Shown piece by piece: positions 22,532 through 34,677 of a stretch of 64,000 nt of DNA (position 1 is its first letter; each line of letters opens with the position of its first letter). Source of the DNA: Neophaeotheca triangularis (Eukaryota); NCBI GenBank assembly GCA_054600435.1, contig BAAIJX010000001.1, positions 1,054,001-1,118,000 of the forward strand, read 5' to 3'. The position numbers and the translations under genes were made by a program. The notes under the pieces are model-generated. The model saw nothing but the letters and a program-made list of their open reading frames with translations. It did not search any database and was not told the origin of the DNA.

Positions 22532-24796
22532 TCACCTCCCAGCGCCAATCCCCCTGCCCACCATCCCATTATTTCCGACCCCAAGCTTCAACTTCTTGCG
22601 ACAATCCGGGCAATACCACTTAGTACGCCTCGGCGGCAAATCATCCAAGTCCACACACGTCAGATGGAACCATTCCTTCTCGCAATCGTCGTTATCGCAA
22701 GCAATCATAGTCCCCCAGCTCACGTCACCGCAGACGCAATACCGGGGCTCGTCTGGGTCGATGTACTCATCCGGACCCTGCACGCCGTCAGAAGAGGGTA
22801 GAGCCGCAGCGGCAGCACTGTTGCTGCTAGCATTTGTCGTAGTGGTGGAAGTGGTTGTAGACTTCTTGTTTGCGCCGGACTTGCGGGGCGCGGCTTTCCG
22901 CTTGCTGAGGAGGAGCTTGGCGCTATCTTCGTCGCCGTTGGCGATGATGCCGGGAGCTGGGCGCTTGCTGCGGCGGTTGCTGGTTTTGGGGTGTGCTGGA
23001 GGGACAGGGGCTACGGGCGGTGCTGTTGCTGTGGGAGCTGGAGAGGTGAGCGGGTTTCCGCTTGCATTGGGGAGGCTTGCGTTACTACCTCTGCGCAGGC
23101 TGGCGCGGCGATTGGGAGGTTCTTCCGATACCGCTTTCGTGGCCTTGAGTGAGATGATCGGTTTACGGGCAGGAGGTGTGGCGGCTCGACGGGAAGTAGC
23201 GCCTGGTTTCGATGAGCCATCGGCTGGAGCGAGCGGGACCTTGCTGCCTTTTGGATCTGGTGCGGAAATCTTAAGCTTCTTCTGTGGTGGTGCGGGTTTG
23301 GATAGTGGATCGGGGGTCTCGGTGGCCTTCCCAATAGGCTGGGTCCCGACCGGAGTCGTCTCGCGCTTTCGCTTCTTTGGTGGCTCTGAAGGCCCTGACA
23401 CAGTTTTAGCAGAGTCGGCAATTGGCGCACCCTCACCGCCCTGCTCCCGCGCAATTTGTGCCTGCAAAGCCTGCTCCTCCAGCATACGCTGGCGCTTCAA
23501 CTTCTTTGCCTCATTAAGCCTCATACCTCGGTTAATCAACTCTGCATCCGCGTCATCGTTTTCGTCGTAAATTTGCGGGCCAAGCATGTCGTTCATCTGT
23601 GCTGTTTCTTCGCCGCTCAAGATGACCTTCGTTGGGTCCGGCTGATCGAATTCGTCCACAAACGCCTCGCCCGTAGCTTGCGCATTCTGCCTTGCTGCCT
23701 CCTTGCCAGCCACGCCGCGCCCAAGAGTCTTCAACTCCCTTCGCACCATAGTCTGCGACGGCACCCATATCGCATTCTTCTTCATTCGCTTGCGCAGCTT
23801 TGCCATCTCAAACTCGGTTAGTTTGGCCCATGGTAGCCACTTGCTCCCATTTGGCGCATCTTCAGGAGGCGCTTTCAACGCTAGCAACGCATTGGACGTG
23901 CTGATGCCTGCCACAGCCGAGTGCGCATTTGTCCCCGTTTGCCCCGGCTGACGTGGAGCGCGGGGCTTGATTTGCTTTTTCTCAGCACCTTCCTGCTCCG
24001 TCTGAGGCTGCTCGATTATGTCTGTCCCAGGCGCTTTCTCCACCATCTCCGTCTGCTGGGTCTTCTCTGCCTTTTCTGCCTTGGGTATCTTTGGTGTGCG
24101 TGAACGTGGCCTCGACGTAGCTTTGGGCAACTGCAGCGGCGCTTCTTCAATTGGTGGCGATGCGCGAGGAGAAGTCCAATCGGACATGCTTTCAGCCGGT
24201 ACAGTTGGATCAGGCGGTGGGAGCACCTCACCGGGTACCATGATCTTGCGCGTTCGGAGTTTGCTGGCAGCCTTGTCCTGAGCTCGCTTTTGTGGCTTCT
24301 CTGTTGTCACGGTGCTGTCCTCGGGGCGTGTGCCAAGCCTGCCCTCGCGCCTCAAGTTAGGAGAAGTCAGAGCTTGCTGGTGCTCAGGAGTAGGGTCGCG
24401 CGAAGGTGGCATAGGCTGTGCTTTCAAGCGCTCGGTGACCAGATCCAGCCTTGCGGCTTCCCGCTTTGCCGTATCATCCAGCCTTGTCGCCTCTTCCACC
24501 GACATTCTACATGCCCTCTCTGCATCCTCCAGCGCATAGCTTATGCGTTTGCGCAACTCCACCGGGTCCGGTCGGTCCTTGGCTGGGAGGGTAGGTAGGA
24601 GGGCGTATGTGGTGGTATCATTGTGAACAGCCCTGATCCTTTCCTCGGCGCGTATGCGCTGGTCTTGAATGAGATTGAGCGCGCGCGTCAGGTGTGAGGG
24701 GAAGTGCTCGGTGTAGGTCAAGAAGTCGGATAGGGTTGTCTGGACATCGGGGTCCGGCGGTTGTTGACCGGCGAACTCTGCCTCAGTTGCCGCCAT
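22532..24796 (-). CDS. ING-family PHD finger protein (754 aa, single exon)
   Basis: N-terminal helical ING-like region ([20 protein letters not shown]); C-terminal PHD YCVC...[17 protein letters not shown]...WYCPDC. Confidence 0.9.
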   Translation of the reverse strand: MAATEAEFAGQQPPDPDVQTTLSDFLTYTEHFPSHLTRALNLIQDQRIRAEERIRAVHNDTTTYALLPTLPAKDRPDPVELRKRISYALEDAERACRMSVEEATRLDDTAKREAARLDLVTERLKAQPMPPSRDPTPEHQQALTSPNLRREGRLGTRPEDSTVTTEKPQKRAQDKAASKLRTRKIMVPGEVLPPPDPTVPAESMSDWTSPRASPPIEEAPLQLPKATSRPRSRTPKIPKAEKAEKTQQTEMVEKAPGTDIIEQPQTEQEGAEKKQIKPRAPRQPGQTGTNAHSAVAGISTSNALLALKAPPEDAPNGSKWLPWAKLTEFEMAKLRKRMKKNAIWVPSQTMVRRELKTLGRGVAGKEAARQNAQATGEAFVDEFDQPDPTKVILSGEETAQMNDMLGPQIYDENDDADAELINRGMRLNEAKKLKRQRMLEEQALQAQIAREQGGEGAPIADSAKTVSGPSEPPKKRKRETTPVGTQPIGKATETPDPLSKPAPPQKKLKISAPDPKGSKVPLAPADGSSKPGATSRRAATPPARKPIISLKATKAVSEEPPNRRASLRRGSNASLPNASGNPLTSPAPTATAPPVAPVPPAHPKTSNRRSKRPAPGIIANGDEDSAKLLLSKRKAAPRKSGANKKSTTTSTTTTNASSNSAAAAALPSSDGVQGPDEYIDPDEPRYCVCGDVSWGTMIACDNDDCEKEWFHLTCVDLDDLPPRRTKWYCPDCRKKLKLGVGNNGMVGRGIGAGR

Positions 24797-26998
24797 GGCT
24801 GTTGTGTCCGTGGTGAGTCTTTACATGCGTCGCAAAGGTATACGCGAGCCCCAGATCGCCTGTTTACTAAGTAAGCGCAATGTGTGACTGGTAGTGAGAT
24901 AGCAGTAACAGGCCGGGTGTGTTGTTTGGATGCGACGTTCAGCTTGAAGGCAGGGGACGCGTTAGGCAGCTGCGACGGCTTAAGCTTCGCGTTGACACGT
25001 GAATGTCTTGGCAAGATTGCAGCTCTGATCTCAAACTCTGACCCTCTGGACTGTACTTTCGAGCCGTGGTCACGTCCGGGTATTCGCATATGGGTACTGT
25101 AGGTTTCCATACCATCAAATGGAGCTCGCTTACAAAGTCGACAGACATCAAGGAGGCTGCCTCGCTCGAACGAGTGGATGGGACCATTGCAATAGCGTCT
25201 GCCGTACTGGAAAGCCATCTCCTTGTCTTCTATAAGACTTGAACTGCGCCTACGGTCAACAGAAGATTCCCGGCACCTTGAGATTACTACCGTCAAGTTC
25301 GCCTTTATAACCAAAGCTGGATACAAAAGCACCAAACGAGCCTCTTAGTGCACTTAAAGGCGAGCGGGTCTCGCTAAATCACACTCCAATATGGCCTAGG
25401 CATGCACACAGCCACGTACCTCGATCTACCTGGAGATGCAACCATGAGCGTAGGGAGCTTGCGAACCGAGCAACTGTTCCCTAGGAGGCGGCTTGTCAAC
25501 GCTATCACGGCGAAATGATGAGAGGGTGCTTGAAGGTGCGTGAATGTTCCTCGCCGGCACCAGTCTAGCCCCCGAAGCCCCTGAGCCGGCAACTGCGTAG
25601 TATGGAGTTAGCCATCTGAGACAACCACGGCCTGACCCCCTAGACAGCGCAAATTCTGCGCAATGCCCTGTACGAACGGCCTGTCGTGGGACTTTTAATA
25701 TGCTGGGAGTGGAACTTGCAAGGGCACTCCGTCGCATTGACGTTTGAGTTCCTACGTCAGCCGAATAGCCGTGCGAATAGTGGTGTCCGATGAAGAGCAC
25801 AGCAGCTCGATCAGGCGTGCTCGGGCAGGTGTGCACCTTTTTGATGACGGTGCCATTCTGATTAGAAAAGTAACGATAGACTCTAGCTTGCCCCTTTAAC
25901 CATTTCACGAGGAGCCTTCTCGGGCAGCGGAAGACTTGGAGACTTGTACAGACTTGCGCACACCCTTGGGCTCAAGCCAGCAATGAAAGAACAAGGATGC
26001 AATGGGAAACGCCCAGTCCATCATATTCATGTTCGACCGAGTCGTCGAAGCTATGCAACCACTTCCATATATGCCGCCGCTCTGGTCCGAGTGGCGATGA
26101 ATCCACTGGAGGATCGCTGTCGGGAGAAGCCTCGACCGAAAGCAGTCTTAATGACTTGGTCTGTTACGAGCGCCAGGGTGACGAATCGAGCAATGTGGTT
26201 GGGCAAAGGGAGAAAGGCAAGGCGAAGGCCGGGAGCCTCGCCTGACTATGTGTCTGACATCCCACGGCTAGGACCCTTCTACCTTAGGCGTGCAAGCGAA
26301 TAGATACACTTTGACTGGCCACGGTAGCATTGCATAGGTGAAGCCCTATGATACGGGAGTCGCAGCCACCTGGCACTAGGAGGCAGCATAAAGATCAGCT
26401 ATAAGCTGCGGATCCACTAGAGCTCCATCTATTCGCTAGAGGTGCAAAGTCCAGGCATCAAAAGCAAGGAAGACAGACTAGAGGCATGCAAGTGATGAGC
26501 CAGCCGAGACGTGTACGACCAGCCTCATCATGCACACGAAGGGTCCGGATAGCTTGAAAGGGGCATTCCGTTGACCATCCCACGCTTCCAAGCGGCTGAC
26601 GGCAGGCTGCTGATGCTCGAGACGATAGACAAAAGGAATGAGAAGCATAGCATAGGCCATGATCATGAGACGTCCCCACTCACACCACTCGACCTACCTC
26701 CACTCCTGGCACCTGCGCCGAGAGATGCGCCGCAACGATAACATGACAAAAGCAAAAGCACGGAAAGCACAGGTGCAAGGTCAGTAGCAGTCGGAAGTGG
26801 GCATGATAAAGGGTAAGGGTATATATACCGTCGACTTCCAGCGTTGGGTCTCTCTCCCCCCTCCATCCATCAAGGTCATCCATCAAGGTATCTCAAAGCC
26901 AAACCCAAGCAACCAAGCAACCAATCACCAATTACCACCACCAATCTCCAAACAACCTAACCTACCTAAACCGTCAAAACAAAAACAAAATTATAATC

Positions 26999-27207
26999 AT
27001 GGGCTGCACCGACTGCACCAACACCGCCTGCAACTGCGCCCAGGGCCAGTGCTCGTGCAACAAGAAGTTCACGGGCTGCGGTGACTGCTCCAGCGCCAAT
27101 TGCAACTGTGCCAAGGGAAGCTGCACCTGCGTAAGTTCAAAATCCTCTGCTGCCCAAGGTAACGTTACCGTCTGCGGCAGTTGATCTAATCTCTGGAATA
27201 GAAGTAA
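26999..27207 (+). CDS. Metallothionein, 45 aa, 12 Cys in two repeated modules; exons 26999-27130 and 27202-27207
   Basis: MGCTDCTNTACNCAQGQCSCNKKFTGCGDCSSANCNCAKGSCTC, then intron GTAAGT...CTAAT...TAG (27131-27201), then AAG TAA. TATATATA at ~26820; AC-rich leader; C-ending codon bias. Confidence 0.88.
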
Positions 27208-28010
27208 ACGATCAACAACCTACCACGCCCGCTGAGCATGGACGAGGAAGGCTCATGAATATATCTACCTTATGAGCTGGGGTTTCGTGATGGACGGACT
27301 GACCGACGGTACGGGCCACGGGGGAGGAGGAAAGAGAGGGTATATAGTATGCCCAAAGTATCAGATCAAGAGAATCATATCTAGGTACTGATGATTCAAC
27401 ATAAATCACCATTTGCCTTCACCTCGATGCCATCTTCCTACTCTTGTCACAAAACTTTTGCTAAAGTTCCCGGCGTCAGCTGTGAACCCCTTGCCACAGT
27501 CTTTTGCCAATACGTTAATTTGGGGAACAAGCATGTCTGCAACGACACCTTACCTGTCGAACCCCCTGCTCATCCACGCTTTTCTGGATGGGTAACGACG
27601 ACGATGCCAAGGAGTGCGAGGCCAACTGGACCCGGCCTATATAGATGTGGCAGAACGACGTTGACAGACATATCAAGACGGCGAAGGTATCGTACCTGTC
27701 TTGGAGATTTAGCTGGAAGAGTTGCAAGTCCACGGGTGGAAGATTTGACGATGATGTCAAGTGAAGCACGTCAAACACTTGGAAAGCCGAGGAACATGAC
27801 TTCACGGGCAGCTCCACTGAGACGACCTCATTGATTACCAAGCACGCCTTTTCTCCACGACCTCACCCATATCCACGAATAAATATCGTTTCACTTCGTT
27901 TCGTTTCGAGGCTTCCAAACAAGGTTTCCAATTGATAAAACCACCAAAGAAGCAGACCATACACCTTCCACTAAACTACCCGACTCATCGTCTATAAACT
28001 ATCAAACAAC

Positions 28011-28998
28011 ATGGCCACCGATCTTGACATTCACCTTTACACCACACAAACGCCAAACGGCATCAAAATCTCCATCCTCCTGGAAGAGCTCGGGTAAGAC
28101 CGAAGCAAACCTTCTGAAACCACAAGACCAACCCATCACTAACCACGCAAACCCAGCCTCCCGTACGAGCACACCAAGATCGACATCTCCAAGAACACTC
28201 AAAAGGAGCAATGGTTCCTCGACATCAACCCCAACGGCCGCATCCCCGCTCTGACGATGAAGCACACCGACGGCAAGCAGATCCGTCTCTTCGAGAGCGG
28301 CTCCATCATGCAGTACTTGGTGGCGAGATTTGACAAAGAGCACAAACTCAGCTACCCGGAGGGAAGCCGGGAAGCCGTGGAGGTGAATCCGCCACTCCGC
28401 CCCGACCATCAGAACCCCCCAACCATCGTACTAATGCTAAGCCTCTAGGTCACCAACTGGCTCTTCTTCATGAACGCCGGCGTCGGCCCCATGCAAGGCC
28501 AAGCCAACCACTTCACGCGGTGTAAGCCCCCACCCACCAATTAAAACCCCCCCCCCATAAACCCATAAACCCAACTCCCACTAACACCCACCCCCCCCAG
28601 ACGCCCCCGAACAAATCCAATACGGCATCAACCGCTACCAAAACGAAACCCGCCGCCTATACGGCGTCCTGGACAAACACCTCCACGACAGCCAGACGCC
28701 GTACCTGGTAGGCAGCAAGCCGACGATCGCGGATTTCGCGCACTGGGGATGGGTCTCGGCCGCCGGCTGGGCGGGCGTCGAGATCAAAGACTTCCCCGCC
28801 CTGGCTGCTTGGGAGGGCCGCTTGTGGAGCCGGCCGGCGCTGCAAAAGGGCGCCAATGTGCCCGATCCGTACCGCATGAAGGAGTTGCTGGGGGATAAGG
28901 AGGCCATGGAGAGGCAGGCCGCCAAGGCGAGGGAGTGGGTGCAGTCTGGTATGAAGGAGGATGCGGAGAAGAATAAGGCGCGGTCTGGGCAGTTGTAG
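28011..28998 (+). CDS. Glutathione S-transferase, Ure2/GST-II (Nu-like) class; 4 exons
   Basis: [70 protein letters not shown]. Introns ~28094-28157, 28383-28448, ~28521-28600. Confidence 0.93.
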
Positions 28999-29785
28999 GT
29001 GGAGGAATTGATTTTTTATGTCAATGAGAGGTTTCTCTCTTGCAGGGGGGTTGTCTTTTTTTTTAACATGGTAGTACATTGGGCTCATTGCTGTACATTT
29101 CTATGAACAGGTTTTAACCTCGGGGAATCTATCCTGTCAAGTTACATCATAGCACCAATGTGCTTCTCACCTCCCTCTGCTTGCCCGCCGTACGGTGAAC
29201 ACTTCAAAATCGACCCCGTTAGCATTCGCTCCCGAGGAGCCAGAGGTAACAAGCGCGACCCAAAAGCAGATACAATACAAGGCCCACAAGACACAGGTCC
29301 GACCAACAGGCTACTGCCAACGCCAACCGCTCCAGCGGGGAAAAAGAAAAAAGAAAAAGAAAAAGAAAACAAGCTCAGCTCGCCCGGACAGCTAAGTCTC
29401 CCACGCAAGCAAAGAAAACCGGCAACTCGTCGCAACGTAAAACCACGAGAGCGCAAAAACAAAAGCCGCAAGCCTCTTCTCAGCGCAGCCCGCAGTCCCA
29501 GTCTGAGGACGCTAGACCACAGCTAAGGCAGCATCATTTTCGGGGTGCGTGGGGTTAGAAAAAAAACCCAGGCAAAAGCCAGGCCCACGCACCTGGAGCC
29601 GGCCGGCGGCTCAACACCGACCCTCTGTTTCAAACCAAAGTAAGAGTAGGCGATCGACGGTGAGATCCGCATCGTTGCGGTGTATCCATACATCCAAAAG
29701 GGCTTGGTTCCAACACAGTCTGAAAGCGTAGCAAGCGAGACGCCCTTAGCCTCCCACCAAAAGCCACCCCCCCTAATGAAAGCTC

Positions 29786-32700
29786 TCACTGCATCCTGCC
29801 CAAATGATCCAACCCCTGGTTCGCACCCGACTCGCTGCCCATGTCCTGCTGCTGCCCGGTATCCAGATCCCCAGGGGCTCTGGGAGTCAGTCCCGTCGAG
29901 GGCAAGTCGCCCAACCCGCCAAAGCCGCCTTGCCAATCGAAAGTCGAAGGGTTGAAGATGTTGTCGTCGCCGCCCATGAGGTCCGTAGGCGGCTGCATGT
30001 TGAAGGGCATGAACCAAGCGGAGGAGTTTGCGTGGTCGGGCCAGTAGCTGGAGTTGTTGTTGGTGAGGTGGGCGTGGAGGTCCGGGTCGAAATGGGGGTC
30101 GCTGGAGGAGTTGGGGAGGTTGTTGGGGTTGGGGTTGTGGAGGTCGAAGAGCGGGTCTGAGTGCATGTTTTGTGGGGTTAGGTTCGTGGAGGCCGGGTCT
30201 AGGCCCGTGTAGGAGGAGAGCACGATTTGGCGGTCGAGTTGCGAGAAGGTGCTGGGAACTTGTTGCATTAGGTTTTGGGAGACATCGAAGCCGGAGGCGA
30301 AGGCTTGTTGGTGGGGAAAGTCGACTGGAGGGCCGAATTGGTGGTTGAGGAGGTCAGTGTGCTGGAGGGGCTGGTGCTGCTGCTGGTGCTGCTGCTGTTG
30401 CTGCTGGTACATGCCCTGTGGGTCCGAATTGGGGAGGTGTTGCAGCTGTTGTTGGTCGAGAGGCTGTGGCTGTCGTTGCGTGGACTGCGCATCTCCGGCC
30501 CCTCCGGTCGCTTGTGAGTTCTTGGTGGTCTTCTTCCTGGGCGCTTTTCGCTGGACATGTGCAGCTCGGCTTGGAGGGCTCATCTTGCTGAAGAATTCTT
30601 CTACCGTTTGCAGATCGCCCCTTTGTCCAAGCACTGCATCAGAGCCTGGCTCTTGCTTCACGCCTTCCGCAGGCTCTTCGTAGTCTGTACCACTAACGCC
30701 ATGGGGATACCTGTCGAACCAATCGCCATACTGGAATATGGAATCGCCATCCTTGCTCGGTTTCGAGCTCGGACCCAATCTCGCAGTGTCGGCATGCTTG
30801 CGATAGAGCTCTTTCAAGTTTTCCGCCATGTAATGGAACATGCCCCAGTATCGCTTCATCTTTGTCAGGTACTTGACATTGCGTGCAAGATTCTGCTTCG
30901 AAGACGCCTCGAGCTCTTTATTCTGCGAAAATGCGCCACGGATGTGCAAAGTGCTGCTGAAGTAAGCGCAATAACCTGCAAAAGGGGCGACTAGCAGATG
31001 GTCCATGCCTTCATGCACCAGAGTAGATATCATGTTTGCATGTTCCAGCGAAGCACGATTTCCATCTGCTATGAATTGCGTGGGCATATCTTTTGGCCAG
31101 GTAGCTTTCCCTTCTAGCGTTACCAATGCTGGCATTGCTGCTCTCGCCAAGAAGAGCTGGATTTGGTGGTACGTAACATGCATGAATAAGAACTGGTTCG
31201 CGATCTTTTCACTGGCGTGACTGTGCAGGTTCCCTTCATTGTAATGGAGCCATGCCGGCAGGTTCGTCAGCCAGGTGTCGGCTGCTCGCTTGATGCTTTG
31301 AAAATTGGACCGTTCGTCCCACACTGGATGCTTGTCTCTATCTTTTTCGCCCATGTTCATGTAACGTATGAGGGTACCCCAAATGGCAACTAGGCGGATG
31401 AGGTAGGCAGCCACACCCATGTTTTCTCGCGCGTCCGATGGTTGGCCAGTGTCCGGTTCGCAAGGATGCGGCACATCCCCATCGAGGTCCTCTGTAGGAC
31501 CTGTAATCTCCATGTGGAAATAACTCTCCTTGATGGGCAACTGCGCCCGTATGTACTGCTCGCTTACGAAGAGCGGCCGATCCGTCCCTGAAGAGTTGAA
31601 GCGGTCCATGAGGAAACACGACCACATTGTTCTCCGCCGTATTTCTCGATCTGTAAATGTCATCTCGACATTCTTATCCTGGCCGGGTGCCCTCTCATGG
31701 TCGAGATCTTGATGGAGCTGGAGCGCGTACGCCATCCTCTGAGCCATACCTCCAAACATCCAACTACGGCCTCCTTGGCAAGTGCCAAACGCATGCAATC
31801 CGAGAATAAGGTACACTATGAGTATGGTTATGTTTGGCGTGTCGTATCTTCGCAAAGCAATATCGCGAGCCGCACCCGCCCACTCCTCTCCCCGTAGAAA
31901 TGCAGGTTCCTTCCTCACTGCAGGGTGTGTCGAGAAACGCGCAGATATTGCGCACACAGCAAGCATCAGGACTGGCGGAACCGTGCCACTAGCGAGCTTG
32001 CGCATGAAGCTGGGTTTGTGCAGCAGATGATAACTCTGCCCGTACACAAAGTCGAAGAACACCTCGGACAAATGCTCTTGAAGCTCCTTTGGCGGCAACT
32101 TGTCCGCGCCCTCAACGAGAAGGTTATGTTCCTGACCATCTCCGTCTTTCACCATTCCCGGTTCCCTTGATGATGGCGCTTTCTCTTTCGGCTCCGAGGC
32201 TGCTGGGCCTTTCGCCTGCGCCCACTCCCCAATCTCGTCTCCAAAAGCCTGGTCAGCGCCTCGCTTTTTATTTCCGGGTGGAGGTGGAGGCAGAGCTGGT
32301 TTGACCGTCGCCCGAGCCGTCTTCCCTATCACGCCCTGCTCTTCCTTCGGTATGATTTTGATCACGCGGTCTTCCATCCTCTTCAACCGCTTGTCCAACA
32401 TGGCCATGTAGTCCGTCCTCGGCGCAGCTTTGCGCGTCGTGACCTTGTAGACGCAGGGTATGCGCGACCGCAGACAGTGCTTGCAAGCCGGCTTCTCACC
32501 ACTGCATCGAATCTTCTTCCGCCTGCAAGCTATGCACGCGAGTGGTAGTCGCTTGCGCTCTTTCCCAGCTTTCGTCTTGAGTTCGCTCCAAGCTGGCGCG
32601 GCACCGCTAGAATCGTTGCCTTTTACACCTTCATCGCCTTGTTGGTGCGAGGTGACCGTCTCGTTGCTGTTGCTCCCGACCGCATTCTCGCCAATTCCTT

Positions 32701-33169
32701 CCATCGCCATACCAGCTGTCGCGCGAGAGCCAGAGGGGCTCGTAGTGTCGGATCCATCGATGCTGTTGCTGTGGCCTTGTACAGCATACGGGCCTGGGCC
32801 ATTGCTCTCGACACTCAAGCGATTACCACGACCCATAACGGGCGACATAGCGTCCGGTAAGCTCGACATGGACTCGCGGTATTGATGATGACTTTTGGCC
32901 CCGAACCCAGCTTGCGCCTGCACGAGAGCGGGATCGTAAGGGCCTCCAAAACCTTGCATTGTCGGTATCACGCCAGGTCCGGGGGTGCGATGCGGTTGCC
33001 GGGAGTGGATGGCAGGCATAGCAGTAGCGAGGTTGGGCGATGGGACCACGGCGAATGTACAGTCTGGCTCACGTCCCGTGACGAGCACCCCACTGGAACC
33101 CGCATCCGGCCCGCTCGAAGGTAACGTTAGGTGGAGAAGATTCGAGGAAGAGTTCTGGTCTGAACTCAT
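29786..33169 (-). CDS. Zn(II)2Cys6 transcription factor with fungal-specific TF middle domain (resembles Prf-type C6 factors); start uncertain (33169 or 33019)
   Basis: LACIACRRKKIRCSGEKPACKHCLRSRIPCVY; EIRRRTMWSCFLMDR; Q-rich C-terminus. Confidence 0.92.
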   Translation of the reverse strand: MSSDQNSSSNLLHLTLPSSGPDAGSSGVLVTGREPDCTFAVVPSPNLATAMPAIHSRQPHRTPGPGVIPTMQGFGGPYDPALVQAQAGFGAKSHHQYRESMSSLPDAMSPVMGRGNRLSVESNGPGPYAVQGHSNSIDGSDTTSPSGSRATAGMAMEGIGENAVGSNSNETVTSHQQGDEGVKGNDSSGAAPAWSELKTKAGKERKRLPLACIACRRKKIRCSGEKPACKHCLRSRIPCVYKVTTRKAAPRTDYMAMLDKRLKRMEDRVIKIIPKEEQGVIGKTARATVKPALPPPPPGNKKRGADQAFGDEIGEWAQAKGPAASEPKEKAPSSREPGMVKDGDGQEHNLLVEGADKLPPKELQEHLSEVFFDFVYGQSYHLLHKPSFMRKLASGTVPPVLMLAVCAISARFSTHPAVRKEPAFLRGEEWAGAARDIALRRYDTPNITILIVYLILGLHAFGTCQGGRSWMFGGMAQRMAYALQLHQDLDHERAPGQDKNVEMTFTDREIRRRTMWSCFLMDRFNSSGTDRPLFVSEQYIRAQLPIKESYFHMEITGPTEDLDGDVPHPCEPDTGQPSDARENMGVAAYLIRLVAIWGTLIRYMNMGEKDRDKHPVWDERSNFQSIKRAADTWLTNLPAWLHYNEGNLHSHASEKIANQFLFMHVTYHQIQLFLARAAMPALVTLEGKATWPKDMPTQFIADGNRASLEHANMISTLVHEGMDHLLVAPFAGYCAYFSSTLHIRGAFSQNKELEASSKQNLARNVKYLTKMKRYWGMFHYMAENLKELYRKHADTARLGPSSKPSKDGDSIFQYGDWFDRYPHGVSGTDYEEPAEGVKQEPGSDAVLGQRGDLQTVEEFFSKMSPPSRAAHVQRKAPRKKTTKNSQATGGAGDAQSTQRQPQPLDQQQLQHLPNSDPQGMYQQQQQQHQQQHQPLQHTDLLNHQFGPPVDFPHQQAFASGFDVSQNLMQQVPSTFSQLDRQIVLSSYTGLDPASTNLTPQNMHSDPLFDLHNPNPNNLPNSSSDPHFDPDLHAHLTNNNSSYWPDHANSSAWFMPFNMQPPTDLMGGDDNIFNPSTFDWQGGFGGLGDLPSTGLTPRAPGDLDTGQQQDMGSESGANQGLDHLGRMQ

Positions 33170-34677
33170 TATTTCCACGCGGCAGGGCAGCCTTAGCCTC
33201 ACCTACTAATAATACCTAGACAAGGTATGCTTGAAGGTGTTCGCTCCGGCTGTGTCGGAATAATCTGTCGCAAGCCTCCTACTGCTATTTTACATTATTA
33301 TCCGATCTCGCCCAAAGTGCCACTCTACATGCCTCATGCCGTACCATCAATCTCACAGGGCAGTTGGCAGATGCGATTGCAACACCGTGCTGATGCGGTC
33401 GTCCTGGCCGTGTCCCCGGCTTCGCGCCAGAAAACCTCTAGAACAAGTAGGAGGGGTATAAGCTCGAAAGCATGCGACAAGCTGTACACTCTATAGCATT
33501 GATAGAACAGCCTCGGTAGCCGCAAAGAACAGTGACAAAGGATACACGGTCGACATACGAAAAAAGCGGGAACCTTTGCTCCATGGCAGAGACGATTCTC
33601 AGAGTGTGGAGTGAAATGCTTATTAACTACGAGTACAAGTAACTTGTATTCATTATTACCTCTGCCAGTGAAACCACTCGCCCGCCATTAATCAATAATA
33701 CCTACCTCCCTTAATGCTGCGAGGAGCTTCGACCCTCGAGGCTTGAGCTGCACTTCCCCGCAATAATGCACTGCATTTGCGACGCGCCGCGATACCACGT
33801 GCAAAGACTCCGGGAGGTTTCCACTCACCTTTACTTTATTATTGCCCACCCCGCCAGCCATCGCGAACAGGATCTTTACTATCACTTCGACCCAACTTGG
33901 GAGACTGAAAATTGCCGTTTTGCCAGAATTGGCAGAGAAAAACAATGGCAGCCTCGCGCACCCTTGATAAGCCAGCCCAGCACAACTGTCCCGCTTCCTC
34001 CACTCCTCCCTCTCGAGATGCCTACCTACATACCTACATAGTATTAGCTGATATTAATGTATCGACTATTGACCCCATCATGTACCGTCTTGGCGAGCTA
34101 GAACCCCTGCTGTCTTCTAAAGGCCCACTACTAACTAGATCCGAAGTGGCGCCTTTAGTGCCAAAGCTGCTTAGAAATGGACGTTAATTGTTTTCAGAGC
34201 ATCTCTCTCGAGCATGCAGGTGCTGTGCCGTGCTAGGATTCGAGCAGTCATGCGGCCGTGACAGGGGCGCACCAGTGGTTCGCATGGAAAGCGTGCTGCT
34301 AAGCCAGTAAACACCACTACGCTAATGGTCTCGTGGAATGGGTACCGAGCAGACCAGTAAGTGTAACTACCTAGGTAGGCAAGAGGACGAGGTGAGGTCG
34401 AAACAGCGGCTTCACACACTGTGAAAGGATGAAAAGGAAGATATGAAGAAAGACAATCGCCGAAACGAACATGGTGCCAGCAATCTCTATACCCACCCGT
34501 GTGGTATCAATGCTTCACACTATAAAACCTTTTCGTCCTCCAAACTGTCCAAAAGTGCCAGCTTCTGTATAGGTAAACCAGCTCCAACGAACTTGATAAA
34601 AAAGGGTATCATTCTTGCAACCTCCACATTCTCGCCCGCGCAAACTCTAGCCTCGCCCCCTCGCAGGAAACAAGCCT

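Noticed and set aside
22596..23570. 324-aa plus-strand ORF and the many other ORFs overlapping called genes
   Set aside because: Antisense or alternate-frame shadows of GC-rich coding regions with no recognisable motifs.
24800..26900. ORFs of 70-205 aa in this gap, and similar ORFs at 33200-34600, 48100-49200 and 52300-53100
   Set aside because: Mostly non-ATG starts, no motifs or coding-like composition; treated as intergenic. No TAACCCTAA telomerase-template motif noticed either.
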